A stretch of DNA of 62,134 bases, the filler included, from Choristocarpus tenellus KU-1152 (taxonomy: Eukaryota > Protista > Phaeophyceae), in assembly GCA_964200185.2 (NCBI GenBank). It is 10 parts of 10 records of this genome, joined end to end, with 100 filler letters (N's around TTAATTAATTAA, not from the genome) between each part and the next. Parts side by side here need not be neighbours in the genome. Positions count along the whole stretch, not along the records: positions 1 to 19,876 come from CAXNAD020000438.1; 9 more parts are not named here. One strand, 5' to 3'. This document shows positions 1-15,270 of the stretch, one piece after another. The notes under the pieces are model-generated. The model was not told where the DNA came from and ran no database searches. It saw only the letters and a program-made list of their open reading frames with translations. How positions within the stretch are numbered: the first letter of the stretch is position 1; every line of letters begins with the position of its first letter. The translations under genes were made by a program, and so were the position numbers.

Positions 1-244
1 GTAGAGCCGCGTCCATTTGGGGGTCAAAATACGATGTTGTGATTTTGATGTAATTTTGGCTATCATGTTTGTTAGGAAGTGTCAACATCTATGTTTCGGA
101 CACACCTTTTCATAACACCCCCCTTTTTCCCTACTCCAAAACATTTTGGAGTCGGAAAATGTCATTAAAAAAAACCCATGGGAAGCCAAGCCCCACAAAT
201 GGACAAACAGGGGAAAATTCGTACCCTCTAAGATAGTTTCACTC
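1..244. mobile_element. MITE family A copy (left end cut by window), probably intronic in the golgin gene
   Basis: Matches the full copies at 33311, 44305, 55822 and 60167. Ends in ...TACCCTCTAAGATAGTTTCACTC. Confidence 0.85.
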
Positions 245-605
245 AGGTGTTAGTGTTGCATTGAACTATCTGGAAGTTGGATGGGGTTTTTTGCATTTTT
301 TCAAGGTAGCCGTTGGTCAATTATGGAGTACTGGTACTGCGATACCTTTATTGAGGAAGTGAAGCAGTGGGCAATGAACAAGGAAGTCAAATGGTGGGGG
401 GGGAAATGAAGATGTTAGTGTTTGAAGAGTTCGACCCTAACCCTAACAATCAGTAATGAAAACTTTTTTGCAGAGGTGTTTCTTATACAGGTTGTGTCTG
501 TCCCTATCCCTCTAGCTTCCTTTTTTGCATGTGAACACACACATATTCCCATACAAACAACATTTTATTGGTGCTATTGTACATGTGCTAAACATTGCAA
601 ACCAG

Positions 606-3600
606 GGCCAACAGTATGGCTAACTTGAACAAGGAGGTGGAGAGTGGTGTCTCTGAAGTGTCTTCTGCATTGGAGGGGGAAAGGGCTGCTAGGGAGGCTG
701 TAGAGGCAGAATGCCAGCGTCTGAGAGAGTGTGCCCTGGAGAGCAAGCAACAGACTCAAGCAGCTGATAGGGAGTCAGAGGAGATCCTTGGGGCACTGCA
801 GGCCCAGGTTGAACATGCCAATGAGGTGAAGAGATGGTGGGGGTACATCCAATGTTTTCAGATGTTTCTTTGTGGTGTTTTTGTATGTTTGTGATATATA
901 TTGATAGAGATGTATTTACAATGTTTTTGTATGTTTGTGATGTATATTGATAGAGATGTATTTACAATGTTTTTGTATGTTTGTGATATATATTGATAGA
1001 TATGTATTTACAATGTTTTTGTATGTTTGTGATGTATATTGATAGATATGTATTTACAATGTTTTTGTATGTTTGTGATGTATATTGATAGAGATGTATT
1101 TACAATGTTTTTGTATGTTTGTGATGTATATTGATAGAGATGTATTTACAATATTTTTCGGACTTGATCTTTTGGCATCAACCTTGCTGAAATGTTAGAA
1201 ATTTGACAGGTTGTGTTTTAGTACTGTATATATAGTACAAGTTTTTTTTTTGAAATGCAAGATCTTTAATGTTGTTGTTAGGTAAGGAAAAGCGCCCATG
1301 TGTTCCTATTACTATGTTACTCTTTTGTTCGCTGGATGAATTAAAGCAGCAGATTAATATGATGATAGATGGTGGAGCTATTCCCTTCTTGTGTATTAAT
1401 TATTTATGGTTTTTTTGTGTAAAACATCATGACGTGTTTTATGCCCTACCCCATCCCATCAATATTTTATCAGTGCGATAATGTTTTGAGAATTTTGAGA
1501 ATTCTTTTTATACATACTTTTATGTGTATGTTGTCTTATAGCTACTGCTGTACTGTAGATAAATTGTTCTTAGTTTTATTTTATTTTTGTTCATATTGCA
1601 TGTGTATTGCATTTTCAATATTGTTCAATGACTCTTTCAGGTTGTGGGTGTGTTTTGTTTATTATTTTTATCATTATTGTTGGGAGGGTAGAGATTGCCG
1701 AGAACAGTCCTCTAACCCTAACCCCTAACCCTAACCTTCTCGCAGTCGCCTTTGAAGGTTTAGAAACATTGTTATCATTGAAAGATCAAGTCTGCTTGCT
1801 CTTCCCTTCCCCAACCCTCGTTTGGTTCAATGTAGTTGACTACCACATCATGTCTTTCGGTGTGGTTAGGGTTAGGGCTGGAAATATTTTACTGCATCTA
1901 TTTCAACTTGCACTCACTCTGTCCAAGTGTCCAATGTCTACAAGTGAAGCATATTTATGTGTGTATATGCATATATGTGTATGTATATACCTGGAGGGCC
2001 GCCAACTAATCTAGAAATTATTTTTTTATGCTGACTTGGAAATTGTCACTCAGCAGAGTGGTTCAACGCTATGTATTTACCACCAAACGGAATAAGGGAA
2101 TTCAATATATACTGTCAATAGCTTTGTCTTGGTCATACTGTGCCAATGACTAAACCCTAACCCTATTTATGAGACGATGGAAGGATCCAAGGAAAGACTA
2201 ATAGGTAGTGAGCATAGATGTGGCACCACTACTGTCTTTGGCAGTGTGTTTGTTTAGCATATTCTGCTCACTCTTCAATAAGACTGCACCAGTGTGGATT
2301 GATGTAAATGGATTGATTCCATTGATGGTGGTGGGTACTGTACTAATGGTTGACTTGACTTGCTGTGTTATGCCGTGTGTTATGTTGTATGTTATGTGTT
2401 ATGTTTGTTTGGGAGCAGGAGCGTGACAGTGCCAAGCAGTGTCAGGAGAAGGCTCAGAAGGATCACGAGATTACTGCAGGCAAGCTAAGGACACTGGCAG
2501 GGAATTACAAATCCTTAGAGGCGGTGAGTCCCAAGATATCAAGTAAGACACTAAAGATACTAAACTAAGTATCTACATGGAGGAAATGCCTGCCACTGGC
2601 TCTATAATAGATATTTATATGTACATATTACATAATTGTGTATTTGTGAAATGCACTTGTAGCATAGTACTCATGCAATCTAATAATAAGATTAGAAGCG
2701 TTCATCTAGCTTATTGGTGAGAAATATTCTTGTACTGATAGTGCTGTTTGAAAGGTTGTCGGGGATAGGGTTAAGGCTTCAGTGCATGCAGGAAAGATTG
2801 CGGGATGGATGTAAAGGGTCCCTTGATAAGTGGGAATATAGTATATAATATATAATAGTATATTATTTATTTTTTGCTCTCATGTCACAGATACACCTAG
2901 TAAGTAATCAACAGAGTCATCCCGCTTTCTAGAAACTTTTCAATCTTTTATTTTTCAAAATTTGGTTCAAAATCAGGTCAGTCAGCTTAAACTTAGATTA
3001 TCTCATTTTATATCTGATTTAATATATGTGGCACTCACATCTGACCAAGTAATCAGGTGAAGACTTTTGAGTTCATGTTACTAACCCTAACCCTTTATGT
3101 TTCTTTAGGTTCAGGTCGGTCCGCTCTTGATGGATATCTCTTCAGATACTCAACTGTTGGTACCCTTGACAAAATTTTATTTCTTATTGTCATTCTTGGT
3201 TTCATAGAGAAGAGGACTTGATGTAAAATATGTCCAGGGCGATTGAATTGACTCTAATCCAATATGGAGTTGTTCATATCCTGAATAAGACTCGAATCCA
3301 ATACGGAGCTGTTCATGTTCCAAGTAAGACTTTAATCCAATATAGAGTTGTTCATGTCCTGAGTAAGGACTCTCTGGATGGGGAATTATGTAAACAAGTC
3401 AGGTGTGTGTACATGATGTTTGAGGACAGGTTAATTATCATGCTTTTTCAGGATCATGAATAAATCCTGTAGTAAACATGACATCATTCAATTAGGGTTA
3501 GGGTTAGGGTTAGTATGTTATTCATTTATACTCATACCTCAATGTACCCAAGTTAGATTGTCAGGATGTCCCTCCTCCTGGCCCACCTACCCCCCTGGAG

Positions 3601-6600
3601 CATGGTACTAGTAGAAATAAAAAATGATATGAAAAGAATACATCGGATTTGATTTTTATTTATTACTATCCTTCGTAAGAGTATTAGTAGTGTAGTACTT
3701 GATTTCTACTGACAGTGTATACTGATGGGTTAGGGTTAGGGTTAAGGTTGTATTGCGCATATAGTGACTGACTGACTGACTGACTGGCTGATGAGCCTGA
3801 TGTTGTGTTGAATCTGTTAAGGCTTTGAAGGAGGAAGAACAGAAGGGAGTTGCCGCTCAAGCTCATGCTGCAAAGGTGCAGCAGGTGGAGGACAGGGCTA
3901 AGGAGTTGCAGATTTTGGTAAGGCGCTATCATACCCTTGTACTTAGTAACTTTGAACAAGAGTTGGTCCTTCCATATGATAGAAAACTGTGACGGAAATA
4001 GGAGTACAGTTATGTTTTCATAGAAACTGTGGAGAAATAAGTCGTTCAGATAATAACCATAGTAGTATTAGTAATTGTAATAGTAATAGTAACCATAACA
4101 TAGGACCACAAGTGTTGTTGCTATCATTATCCAGTGCTATAATAGTCACTCCACGCAGTTCACAAGGAGTAGGGTTAAGGTTAGGGTTTGGGCCATCCAC
4201 AGCTCCATGGACATTGTTTGAATACCATTTAACATATTGTGTAGAGTAGAAGAGCATTTGTGGTATTTAATTGTACACACAGCAGCACACAAGGGTTAGG
4301 GTTAAGGTTAGGTTAGGGGATTTGTGTTTCATTTTATATATTTGTCTTGATTTGGTGGAGAGGTCAATTAGTTGTCAAGAGTATGGTATTCATACAACAT
4401 TGGCATTGTGATTACAATTACTAGTTTTCTTATTGCTTGCACCTTTTTGTACTAGTTATTAGTTAAGTATTACCCTAACCCTAACCCTTAAGTATTACCG
4501 ATGTTAATGGTATTGAGATTATCATGTCATAACTCATAGTTGGTATTCACCTAATACTAGAAGGTTGCACGATGTGACATGTACCAATGCCAACCCTAAC
4601 CCTCTCAAATTATTTTTGTCTTTTTATAGTTCAAATTTAGTGTTAGGGTTAGAACACATTTGGTATTCACAGAGGAAGAGAGAGGACATGGGTTACAACA
4701 TCTTTGTATCCCAAGGTGGCCAATCATACTGCCAATAATACTATACTGCCCATATGGCTGTTCCTTATGAAGTATTGTCTGGATGATGAGATCATGGGAT
4801 TATAATCATGAGTATGAGTGGTCTGCCAGTGAAGAGAACATGAGGTGAAGAAATGACCTCAGCTATCTGATGTTTGATGTGGGCCTACACCATCATCGAC
4901 TTGTATTATGCACTGCACACCTCTATGAGGTTGTAATATTAAAGGTTGATTGCTCTAGGATTGAGAGGTGGGGGTGTGTGAAAGGGTTAGGATTGACTTC
5001 ACTCTACTTGTTGAGAGCAGGGGAGTGTGTAAAAAAAATGTTCTTTGTATGCTATTGAATGTTGGTGTAATGGTGAATGGAATCATTGGTACTGTACTTA
5101 CAATCAAGTACAGGCAAGAAGTAAGAACTAAGAAAAATATATTTAGTTTGTCAAAAAGAGCCAGTTGTTGATGTACGATAAGGAGTGATTGATATTTGTT
5201 GATTAATATTGGTTGATTCATTTTTATTGATTGATATTTGTCGATTGATATATGTTGATTAATATTGGTTGATTCATTTTTATTGATTGATATTTGTCGA
5301 TTGATATATTTTGATTAATATTTGTTGATTCATTTTTATTGATTGATATTTGTCGATTGATATATGTTGATTAATATTGGTTGATTAATATTGTTGATTC
5401 ATTTTTATTGATTGATATTTGTCGATTGATATATGTTGATTAATATTGGTTGATTCATTTTTATTGATTGATATATGTTGATTAATATTTGTTGATTCAT
5501 TTTTATTGATTGATATATGTCGATTGATATATGTTGACCAGAAGAACAGGGCAACTGATGACAGAGTAGGTTAGGTGAAGATTGTCCTCATGGGCAAACA
5601 GAGCCCACTTTGTTGTAAGCAATGGAATAATGATAACATGTACAACCAACCCTCTACAGAGTGCCATGGATCATCACAGTTAATTAACCCTAACCCTTTA
5701 TCACAGAACAAGATAACAAGATACACAGCACACTTTGTCTTGTCGCGTCAGGGTTAGGGTGAAGGGTGGGCGTTGCATTGCTCCTCAGATTTTGGGTAAA
5801 ACATTGCAACTGATTACAGTAATTGTTATTATTGTTTTCATTATTATTTTATTATTCTTGCAGACCGGAGTGAAATATATTTTTTTAATATCATGAGTAC
5901 GTTGTTGACTAGTAGTGGGTTACTCTTTTTCACCCAAGGTGGTGAGTAATCGTTTGGAGGTTAGGGTTAGGGGTATTGATATCAACATTTTCTTTTTTCA
6001 ACACTTTTTTTTCTCAACAGAGGAAATTTCACAATGACTATCCTTTTAACTTCTACTGCAATCATAATGATAATGATAGAAATAAGTAAGAGTTTTGAGC
6101 GAACCCTTTGCCCCACGCCAAGCTCATCCAATTGCTTTTGTATTGCAGCTGGAGGCGTGTGAGGCGAAGTTGGAAGCCAGGGCCAAGGAGGCGTCAGAAA
6201 AGGAAGGAAAAATCACCGAGGCTACAGAAGAGATGTCAAGGACTGCAACTGCAGCTCAGCGCACCCAGGAGGAGCTAGAAGGACGAGTGAGATGTTTTTA
6301 AAACCCTAATCCCATGTATGCTATTTTTGAATGTATTTGTTGTTTTTATGTATTGATTGCTATTAATGCCTTTATTGTTATTAATGTGTTAATTACTATT
6401 GATGTATTGATTGCTTGATAGTTACTTCTACTGCAGCAATATAGCATTGAAACATAAGACATTGTGGACATGGTAGTGATTTTAATTGAAACGCCTTTTC
6501 AAAGGTTAGCAAGGTATTGTCTGAACAGAGTCTTGGTTCTGTGCCATGTACCATACCTCATCCTAACCCTAATCTTTTGTGATCGGTGTGCAGTAATGTG

Positions 6601-9600
6601 TATGCATTTATGTGGGTATTATAGGATATGATGAATCTATTCCCACTTTCAACACTAGTCTACTTCAAACTATATATTGAAGTATCTAAATTTTTCCCAC
6701 TATTGTTGAACTGTTCCTATCAACAGAATATTGTTTGCCTTATTTGCATGAGACTTGGTTACTATTACTATTTGTATGAATAGCAATATTGCTATAGGAA
6801 ATACTCCATGAAGAATCAGTCTCCCTGTTTGGTGGGTTGTATCCATGTCATCCGTGTGCTGATTGTACATTCATACATTCAATGCTAACCCTAACCCTAA
6901 CCCTAAGTACAAGTGAATCTGACCCTCTCGTATTCATTGCATTATGCATGATTTGAGTTAGTGTTGGTTATGATGACAGCCACGCCTTACTTCAATAGTT
7001 CATTTTTTATTTTAATTTTTTGTTGTACTCTGTAACTGCCAAAAAAAAGTCTTACGCTCCACCCACCTGTTGGTGGTAGAGCAGTGACTGTATGGATGAT
7101 GTCCAAAGGTGTCAAATAATGTAACTGTAAGTTTCTTTTGTTTGATGGAAGTACACTCGCTGTACTGTACTGGTCCCCCTAACCCTAACCCTAACTTGCC
7201 TGTATTACTACTTCGTACTTGACTACATTGATTAATAGTATTAATAATAGTATTCTTAGTAGTATTAACCGTGTTGGAATATCCTACATTATACTGACAT
7301 TTTTTGTTTTGGTACAATGACAGTTGACAGTTATAGACAGTTTCATGTACATTTATGGTGTGTTTCAGTGTATTTGGTAGTACTGCGGTAGTACTGTACA
7401 AGTTGGTATGGGGAGTCAGATGATCACCCTTAAACCTGACACCAAGGCAAGGCTCAGCCCGAACAATAAATCTCTGTATGTGTTCAGTGTATGTTCTATT
7501 TATATTCTACTTGTATACACAACATCAGTTGTTGGCAGCAATCACATGCAAAGGTTTCCAACACAGTCAAGTCATGTCAAGTCAAGTGTCATGAGGTACT
7601 AGAGCTAGAGGAGGTGCAGCTAGGACTGGAGTTGCTTCAAGGGGTAGTTCTCACTCATGGCCTCTATAGGGTTACCAAACTGAAATCCTCCAACCCTAAA
7701 CCTATCCTTAAACCTATAACTATTATGATTTGTTTGCAACAAAGTATGCCTTGTTAGGGTTAGGGTTAGGGTTAGATTGGGAATATTGATTTAACTTTGG
7801 AGGAAAGGCAACACCGTCTTGGTAGGAGTGATAAACAATTTCACCAACTCTTGTAAAGGGGGGAGTGAATGAGATAACATAAGATGACACCAAGGCAAAG
7901 AAGGCGTCTGATGTAACTCAAAGAACCAGTTTCCAGACCATAGTATGCAATGCGGCATCGCCATCAGAAGCTTGGAAACATGTTGCAGGGGCATTGACTG
8001 ATTTACTGTGAAGATGCCAAGAAGAGCTTCACAACCTGAGGTGGCCTTCACCACCATTGTGGACTGGGTTGACCAGCTGTCAGTGATAGGGCATGAGATG
8101 TCCAAACTACTGGTACAAATTGTCATGATGGAGTGATTGGATGAGGATTAGATTAGTACCAAGCACTATCTATGACATGATTATCTATCATCGTGGAAAA
8201 GGGCGGATGGGGGCAATGAATGGGGGAGGGATCTGGTCAGTTCAGTTATTTGTCTACAGAGAGGGCTAGGGTTAGGTTAGGGAACAACAAGAAGGTTAGG
8301 ATAACTTTTATCACAAGGGTTAGGGTTAGGATACTAGGGACAATCAGGGTAGTGGTCATGTCTCATGGCAGGTACAAGACAACGGGGTGTCAGTTATACA
8401 CTTAGGGTTAGGATTAGGGTTAGATCCCCCCATGAGTTTTGTAGTAAGCGTTGAGAGTAATACCGTCAGAATGCCATTACTAACATTACTAACCCTAACC
8501 CTATTAGTATCAGCCAGAGCAAGAGGGGAGAGGAAATGAGATTATGTACAATATGATCTGTACGTTTTCATCCTGACCTACTTTGAAGCTTTGGTTGAGC
8601 ATGCTGTACCCCTCGATAGGGTTAGGGTTAGAGACATCTGTAGGAGCGCCTTAGGGTCAGGATTAGAAATTGTAGGTGTTGGTTGCATCATTGGTCACAC
8701 CCTTGGAAGTCCCTGCATCAGTGCACCGTCATCTTCAAGGTGCAAGGTTTTCAACACATGAAGACTAGGGTAAGGTTAGAGTTCTGAATAGCACTCTAAC
8801 CCTAACCCTAATGGTTTGAAGTACCTTGTTCTTATCTACCCCCTAGGTCCATCTTACATCAACTGTTACCTGGAACAAGAGCTTCAGAAGTAGTGAGAAA
8901 TTTAATTTTTTATTGAAAAAAAAAGGTACGTTTGTACTGCAAGGCAAACAAGTACACTAGCATGTTCAACATGTTAATGCCACACATTCGTACTGGTATT
9001 AGTATTGTTGTTTGTTGTGACAACATGGTATTACTAGTGAACAACAATATCTCAGTGTTGATAGTACTATCAATTGCTGTTTTTAATATCACCATCGACG
9101 GTGGTGTTGTGCCCTCCAACTGCAGGTGAAGCGCCTGAAGGGTCTGCTGTCTAAGTCTCAGAAGGCGTCACAAGCCAAAGATGCAGAACTGGCTCTACTG
9201 CGAGCTGGACCAAGCCCACCCAAAGCCTTCCAAGTCTTGCTGAGAGTTAGGGCTGATGAGGGGGAGGAGGAGGAAGAAGAGATATCAATCTGGTGTCTGC
9301 TGAAGGTTAGGACTAGGATTAGAGTTAGGGTTAGGGATGACAAGTACAATTCAGTGTACTAGTTATAATCACAATTATATCCAGTTTGTACATAAGTTAG
9401 TATATAATATAGTTAAGGTTGAGAGGTATGTTAGATGTTGATATGTCACAGTTCCACCTGGGTAGACACACAAGTTGAGTGACTGTTTGCCCTGTTGATA
9501 GAGTGGGATGTGTAGCAGTCAATGTGTTGTACGGCAGAATTATCACATTCCTGCCCCTACATTCTGTGTGTGACTGCATACTATGGGGCATGTGTGGATA

Positions 9601-12600
9601 TCTCCTCAAACACGCCATTGCTAAGGTGCATGCTGTGTTGGGTTTTGTATGGTGTTGTGAAGGCTGTGGTAGCAGGTGGAGAGGATGGTGATGCAGAAAA
9701 CTCTCAGTACAACAAGCAAGGAAGGAAGGCAGTTGGACAGGGGGAGAGAGGAGAGGCATCTGATTGCTTATGGGTAACACAAACACAGGTGATTGATTGT
9801 TAGTGTTATTGTTAAATATTATTATTGATTGTTGGCTCACTTCACTTCTCTTCTCCATCCATTCATCCCTCAATAATACTTAGTTGTGTTGATTAGCTGT
9901 GGTTGATTTTTTATTTTGAATCTATTCTTCTTTGTATTATTAGTAGGGTTAGGGTTAGGAATCTGACACCTGCATCACAGAGGGGAGGTTTTGGCAAGAA
10001 TGGCTAACTCCTTTGATTGTGGAGGGAGCTCTCCGAATAAGGTGTTTTTAAGGCTGATCATGGATAAATTTAAGCTTTGGGTTAGGGTTAGGGTGTGCTT
10101 GTGATATTGTACATTGATCTTGGTGCTCGAGTGGGAGCAGGTTAGGGTTTTGTAAGTTGAAGTAGGCATTTTTCAGTGCTTTCAAAATGATTGAGCTAAG
10201 GTGTAAGTATGTGATTTGTTGACTACTTTTGTTGTTTATGGAGAATTGATGTGGAGGATTTTTGTGTTTGGCTGTGTATCTACATCTTCACACTTAGGGT
10301 GAGGGTTACACTTCACACTTCACACTTCACACTTCACACTTCACACTTCACACTTCAAGGGCAGCGCAAGGCACGCTGTTTATTGTTTGGATTTATGGTG
10401 TATGTATGTATCAATGACACATATGCATGTATGTTTGTAGGTGTTACAGTGTAAAATGATGGGGATGTTGTCACAGTTGGCCTTTGTGGAAAGGAGACTT
10501 TGTTGTAGGAAGGGTTGAAGACCAACTGTGTGCCTAGTTAGACACATTTTTGTGTATTCCTACTGAAGAGCTGAAAGATTTAATCTAGTATCATAAGTAT
10601 CATAGTGATGAGGTTGTTGCAACAAAACCTACAAGGATTAGTGTTGTGGTTGAAGTTAGTTTATGGTCGTCTGGTGTGAAAGTATTGGATTTCAATGAAG
10701 GATTTGGACTATCGGGGTCAGGGTCACTGATGCCTGACATGTTAACTACATATCCAGTAGTGGCTGTCAGGCAATCTCTTGCTGAAACCTTTCGATCTCC
10801 ACTAGTTTCATCTAGGCAATCTAGTCTAAATTTTGCCAAGCTATCTTCTTCTTGGATGCACCTGTAAGTTATTTTATAGGCATGCCCCCCTGTGCTGAGA
10901 GTGAGAGGTATTGTTGGTGTCTTAATGCATCGATTCACAACCTTCAACAACCTGGAAAAGTTCCCATGTATACCCAACTCATATGCTCAAGCGCCCAAGG
11001 ATGTGTCCTATTCCTCCCGTGGAGGTTCACTTTGGTACCCTAATAAGTACCCTAACAAGTACCCTAACAAGCAGTAATTACCACGGGTGCTGCATAGGTT
11101 ACCCAAGAAACCGATCAAGAGATGTTGTAGCATTCGTATAGTTTACCCTTATTATACTCCTCCTACACACCCCTCCCCTGTTTCCACAGTGTAAGTGACT
11201 GTATTGCGCTTGTGATGTCCTCAAAATTGTCAAAAATGAATTGTTTGCAATTGTGTGACACATGTTGTTTGTATTGGTATGTGCACACTGTATTTTGGAA
11301 AAGGTGCGGGCATGGTTACAAGAAGGATTGTCTTCCTCGGATGAGGGTGCTTGGCCCCCTGTGGTGCAAGATGCTTATCACTCTGAGGCTGATGCAAGCA
11401 ATGCAGAGTTGGAACAAGTCTCTTCACGAGTGAGGGAGCTAGAGGTAGAGGTGGAAAAAACTGCGAATGACTTTGCCAAGTATAGGAATAGAGCACATAG
11501 TGCCCTCAAGAAGGCTACCACCACTGGGGCAGAAGATAGGCGTAAGGATCAGGTGAGATTAGAATTGCATTAGTGTGGGGGTTAGGGTTGAGGTGGCAAG
11601 ATAGGGTAAGAGTTTTGGTCTGTCCCAAGCATTGATAGTATATTATGTATTTGTTAGTGTGTGAGGTGTTGTAGGCAAGGTGTGAAGTCAGTCATATTGA
11701 GATCTTATTTCCTGAGGGATAAGTGGGTTGTGAGTTGGCAACCACCTCAATGAGCACCGCGTCTTGAGCAGCATTGAGCTATTGGTATTGTGGAGAGATG
11801 AACAGGCGATGACTGGAGATGGTTTGTTGTACTGGGGGTTTGGCTTGAAACAGGCAGAGTTATGGAGAAGGCAATCATCTGATTGATCAGGAAGTGACAG
11901 GAGGAAAATAGTGATTCAAATTTGGACTAACCCTAACCCTAACCTTAACTGTAGCCGTAACCCGTCCCGTCTTCCCTCCTTGGACTGGCGTTGAAGATGA
12001 TCGAGGACTTGGAGGCAAAACATCAGCACGCCCTTGGACAGCACAGACTTGAGAAGGCATCTTTCGAGGAACGCTTGGAGCACCTGCAAGAGTTGGTCAC
12101 TGGGAGGGAGAGAGAACTGGAAGAGGCCTTGAGTGCGTTGGAGGTGGCTCAGGTGAGGCGAGGGATGTTTCATGGTTTGTTGGGAGTGAGGGACTACAGT
12201 TGAGTTACTGCTTTTTTGCGCTGGGGCAAGTGGACAGTGTGTGTGTTGTGTGTGTCTGTGTTAAATTGTACGGTAAGGGTTAGGGTTAGGGTTAGGGTTG
12301 TTGAGGTTGTTAGTGTATGCAGTCTTGGGTCAAATTCTGAACTGGTATATTCCACACGTTATCGTGGTAATTGTTTGTTTGAAGGGCTTGTTGAGGCTCC
12401 TAGACTTTGGTGTTTGTTTATAGTAGTAGTAGTAGTAGTAGTAGTAGTGTAAGAGACGTTGTGTAACCACCCCCACTGCATGTATTCCTCCATTCCCCAA
12501 AAGGCGGCTCAGGATCAATTGCTGCAGTTGCAGGTCGCTGTGGCAGATAGGGATAGCAGGATCAAGAGACTACAGGCAAGAGAACGTAATGATATTTGTG

Positions 12601-15203
12601 TTGATTATGATGGGATGTGGATCTTTGGTGTGTATGTGGTGAGGCAATAATGTGAATTGCACCATGGTGTTGACTTTTGACTTTTATTATTGGCCTTCTC
12701 CAGTCACATAAGCAAAAGCACTTTAACTTTGATGTTTGAGATTGTGTTTGTTATAGAATAGAGATGGCGTAGTGTTCATTGTATTGGATGCCGTGGATGA
12801 ATGGGTCAGTGGAGTAGACTGTTCTTTTATTGATATTGTATCAATGTGATTGGAATTTAGTAGAGAGGTAGCATGACCATTTTGTTGTGTGACAATTCAG
12901 TGGTGATTTTAATATTTCCTACCCACCTGCCTTTTTAATGAGAATTTCATATAGCTGTACTATACACTCACTGCAAACAACCCTCCCACACATATAAGAT
13001 GCTTTTTAACTGGTGAGAGATTCCCCTTGCATGTTCATGTATATACTTACAAGATGGATTTTGCTGATACATATACTTCAAAATGTGATACATGTCTATA
13101 CACAGTACCTTTCAAAAGGGACCCCAATAAGAAGGGCATCCAATGCCTTGGCAAGTGCATTGCTAAGAATAGTACTCTGTACTTAACCCTTTCCCTTACA
13201 TTTTCTCAATGGCATATGTCATATATACATACAGACAGATATACACAGACATAGCTACACACGTATGAATTTGTGTAATGTGTGGATTTCGCGCCTTCCA
13301 GTCTCAGACATTTTCTTACCTTATCCCACGGTTTCAGGAAGCTTCTGAGAGTAGTGAAGAGACTGTGCAGGAAATGATTGTGTCCAAGGATGTTCTTGTG
13401 GAACAGCTCAAGGAAGTGAGGGCACAGCTTAGCGAGAGGTCAACCTTGGTGCAGGTATACCTTTTTATGATTCAATACAGTATGGTATGGTGTGTCTTGA
13501 TAGCTCGGGGTTGGGAATGGGGTTAGGATTGGGCATTTGTTTGATATTAGGTATGTTGTATTATTGGCCCAAGCGTACTGTAGAAAGACTTTTGAAGGTT
13601 CTTCTTGATGTCGGTGCAGTGCACTTCTTTCTTGTTATGTTTAAGACAGCGTCTTCTGAATTTGGATTTGTACACATTTAGGAGGCATATTGTTTTTCCA
13701 TTCACTGCTTGAAGCATGTTGTCTCAGAATCAACAACTGGTGTGTACCGCTTAGCACTGGTTGGTTATCATCCCTAACCTTCATCATTATCATCATTACT
13801 ATGCTGGAGCAGCGCTTGCAGTCGGAGGTAGCTCTATTGGAGGAACAGGCACGCAGCTTCAGTATGATGGGAGGTGGTCAAGTAACCAAGGGTGAGAGAG
13901 AGCATGGGCAAGTGTAGGTGGTAAAGAGTCTTTTGCGTGCCTCACATTGAGAAGTTCTGCTCTCCTAAAGATTGACTGTATTGTCTCTCCAGACTATGAT
14001 CTGGCTAGGGCCTGCTGTGATAGATGTATGAATGATAATATTGTAGAGTTAGTGTGCTCTTTGAGAGACCCGATTGAAGCATCAGCAGAGGTTGTTTGCC
14101 CTCCATGATATATGTTTAGGGTTAGGGTCAAGGGTTAGGAATGGTGTGTACTATGTACTACATAGGTCTCGATGTACCCTTTGAAGTGCCTCCAGGATAG
14201 TGCCTTGAGAGGTATCAATGCTTAGGAGGGGAACCATGTGTTGCATCATGTGTGATCTCAGGATGTGTGTGTGTGTGTGTGTTCCATGCTGTGTAATCTT
14301 GCATTGGGTGAAGAATTAGGGTTAGGGTTTTATTTATGCTGGGTTTGTGTCAGTATGGTGTTTGCCAGTTAGGGTTAGGGTTAGGGTTAGTTACATAGTT
14401 TCACTTAGTTCCACTTGATCGCACTATACCACGACGGGAACAAAGGAGGAGATATATATTGATACGTATTGAGACACAGCCATCATGCCCACCTAAGAGT
14501 CAAAGTAAGTTGACTAACTGAGAAAAACAGGTGCTTTGGGCATTTGGAGGTTTATGGGGTATTTTTGTGTGTGTTTGAAGATGAAGGCTTTTGAGAAAGG
14601 GTGTTACATGGATAAGGATAAGTTGTTTGTGCAGACTGGAATTACCCCCAAAAGAGGCAAAGTGTACTACTCTTCAGTTGGTTCAGTTGGTTTGACCTCT
14701 CAACAAAGTTTTTTCAAGAGTGCCTCAACAATCTCACTCTTGCACCTCATGTCATAATGATACTTTGGGTTTTTTTCAATGTGTTGTGTGTTGTGTCTAC
14801 ATGTGGTACAGGTCACCTCCAGCTTGGAAGCAGTTCAGGGGTTATGAGTAGCCCACGTACTGCTGGAGAATCGTCTGGAGGAGGCTATAGCTCAGAGCTG
14901 GGTATGTGATGTCCAGTGTACAATAGTGGTTAGGCATGAGATGTCAGTGGTCACATGGTACCATAAATTGTTTTGAAGTTGTATTCATAGCGTAGCTGTT
15001 ATTTTGTACCTAACCCTAACAACTCTCACCTTTTGCTAGTGACACAGCGAAACTGATTAGTTTTTGTTTTACCTTGTTTGTTTGTTTGATGATGGGAGGG
15101 GGGGGGGGGGGTCTAAGGACAGTCGCAAGAGTTTTGTCATAGTTGGTTCTTTTGATAGGAAACTAGGNNNNNNNNNNGCGCTTTTTTCCCCCCCCAAGCT
15201 CAT

Positions 15204-15238
<35 letters not shown>

Positions 15239-15239
15239 T

Positions 15240-15270
<31 letters not shown>

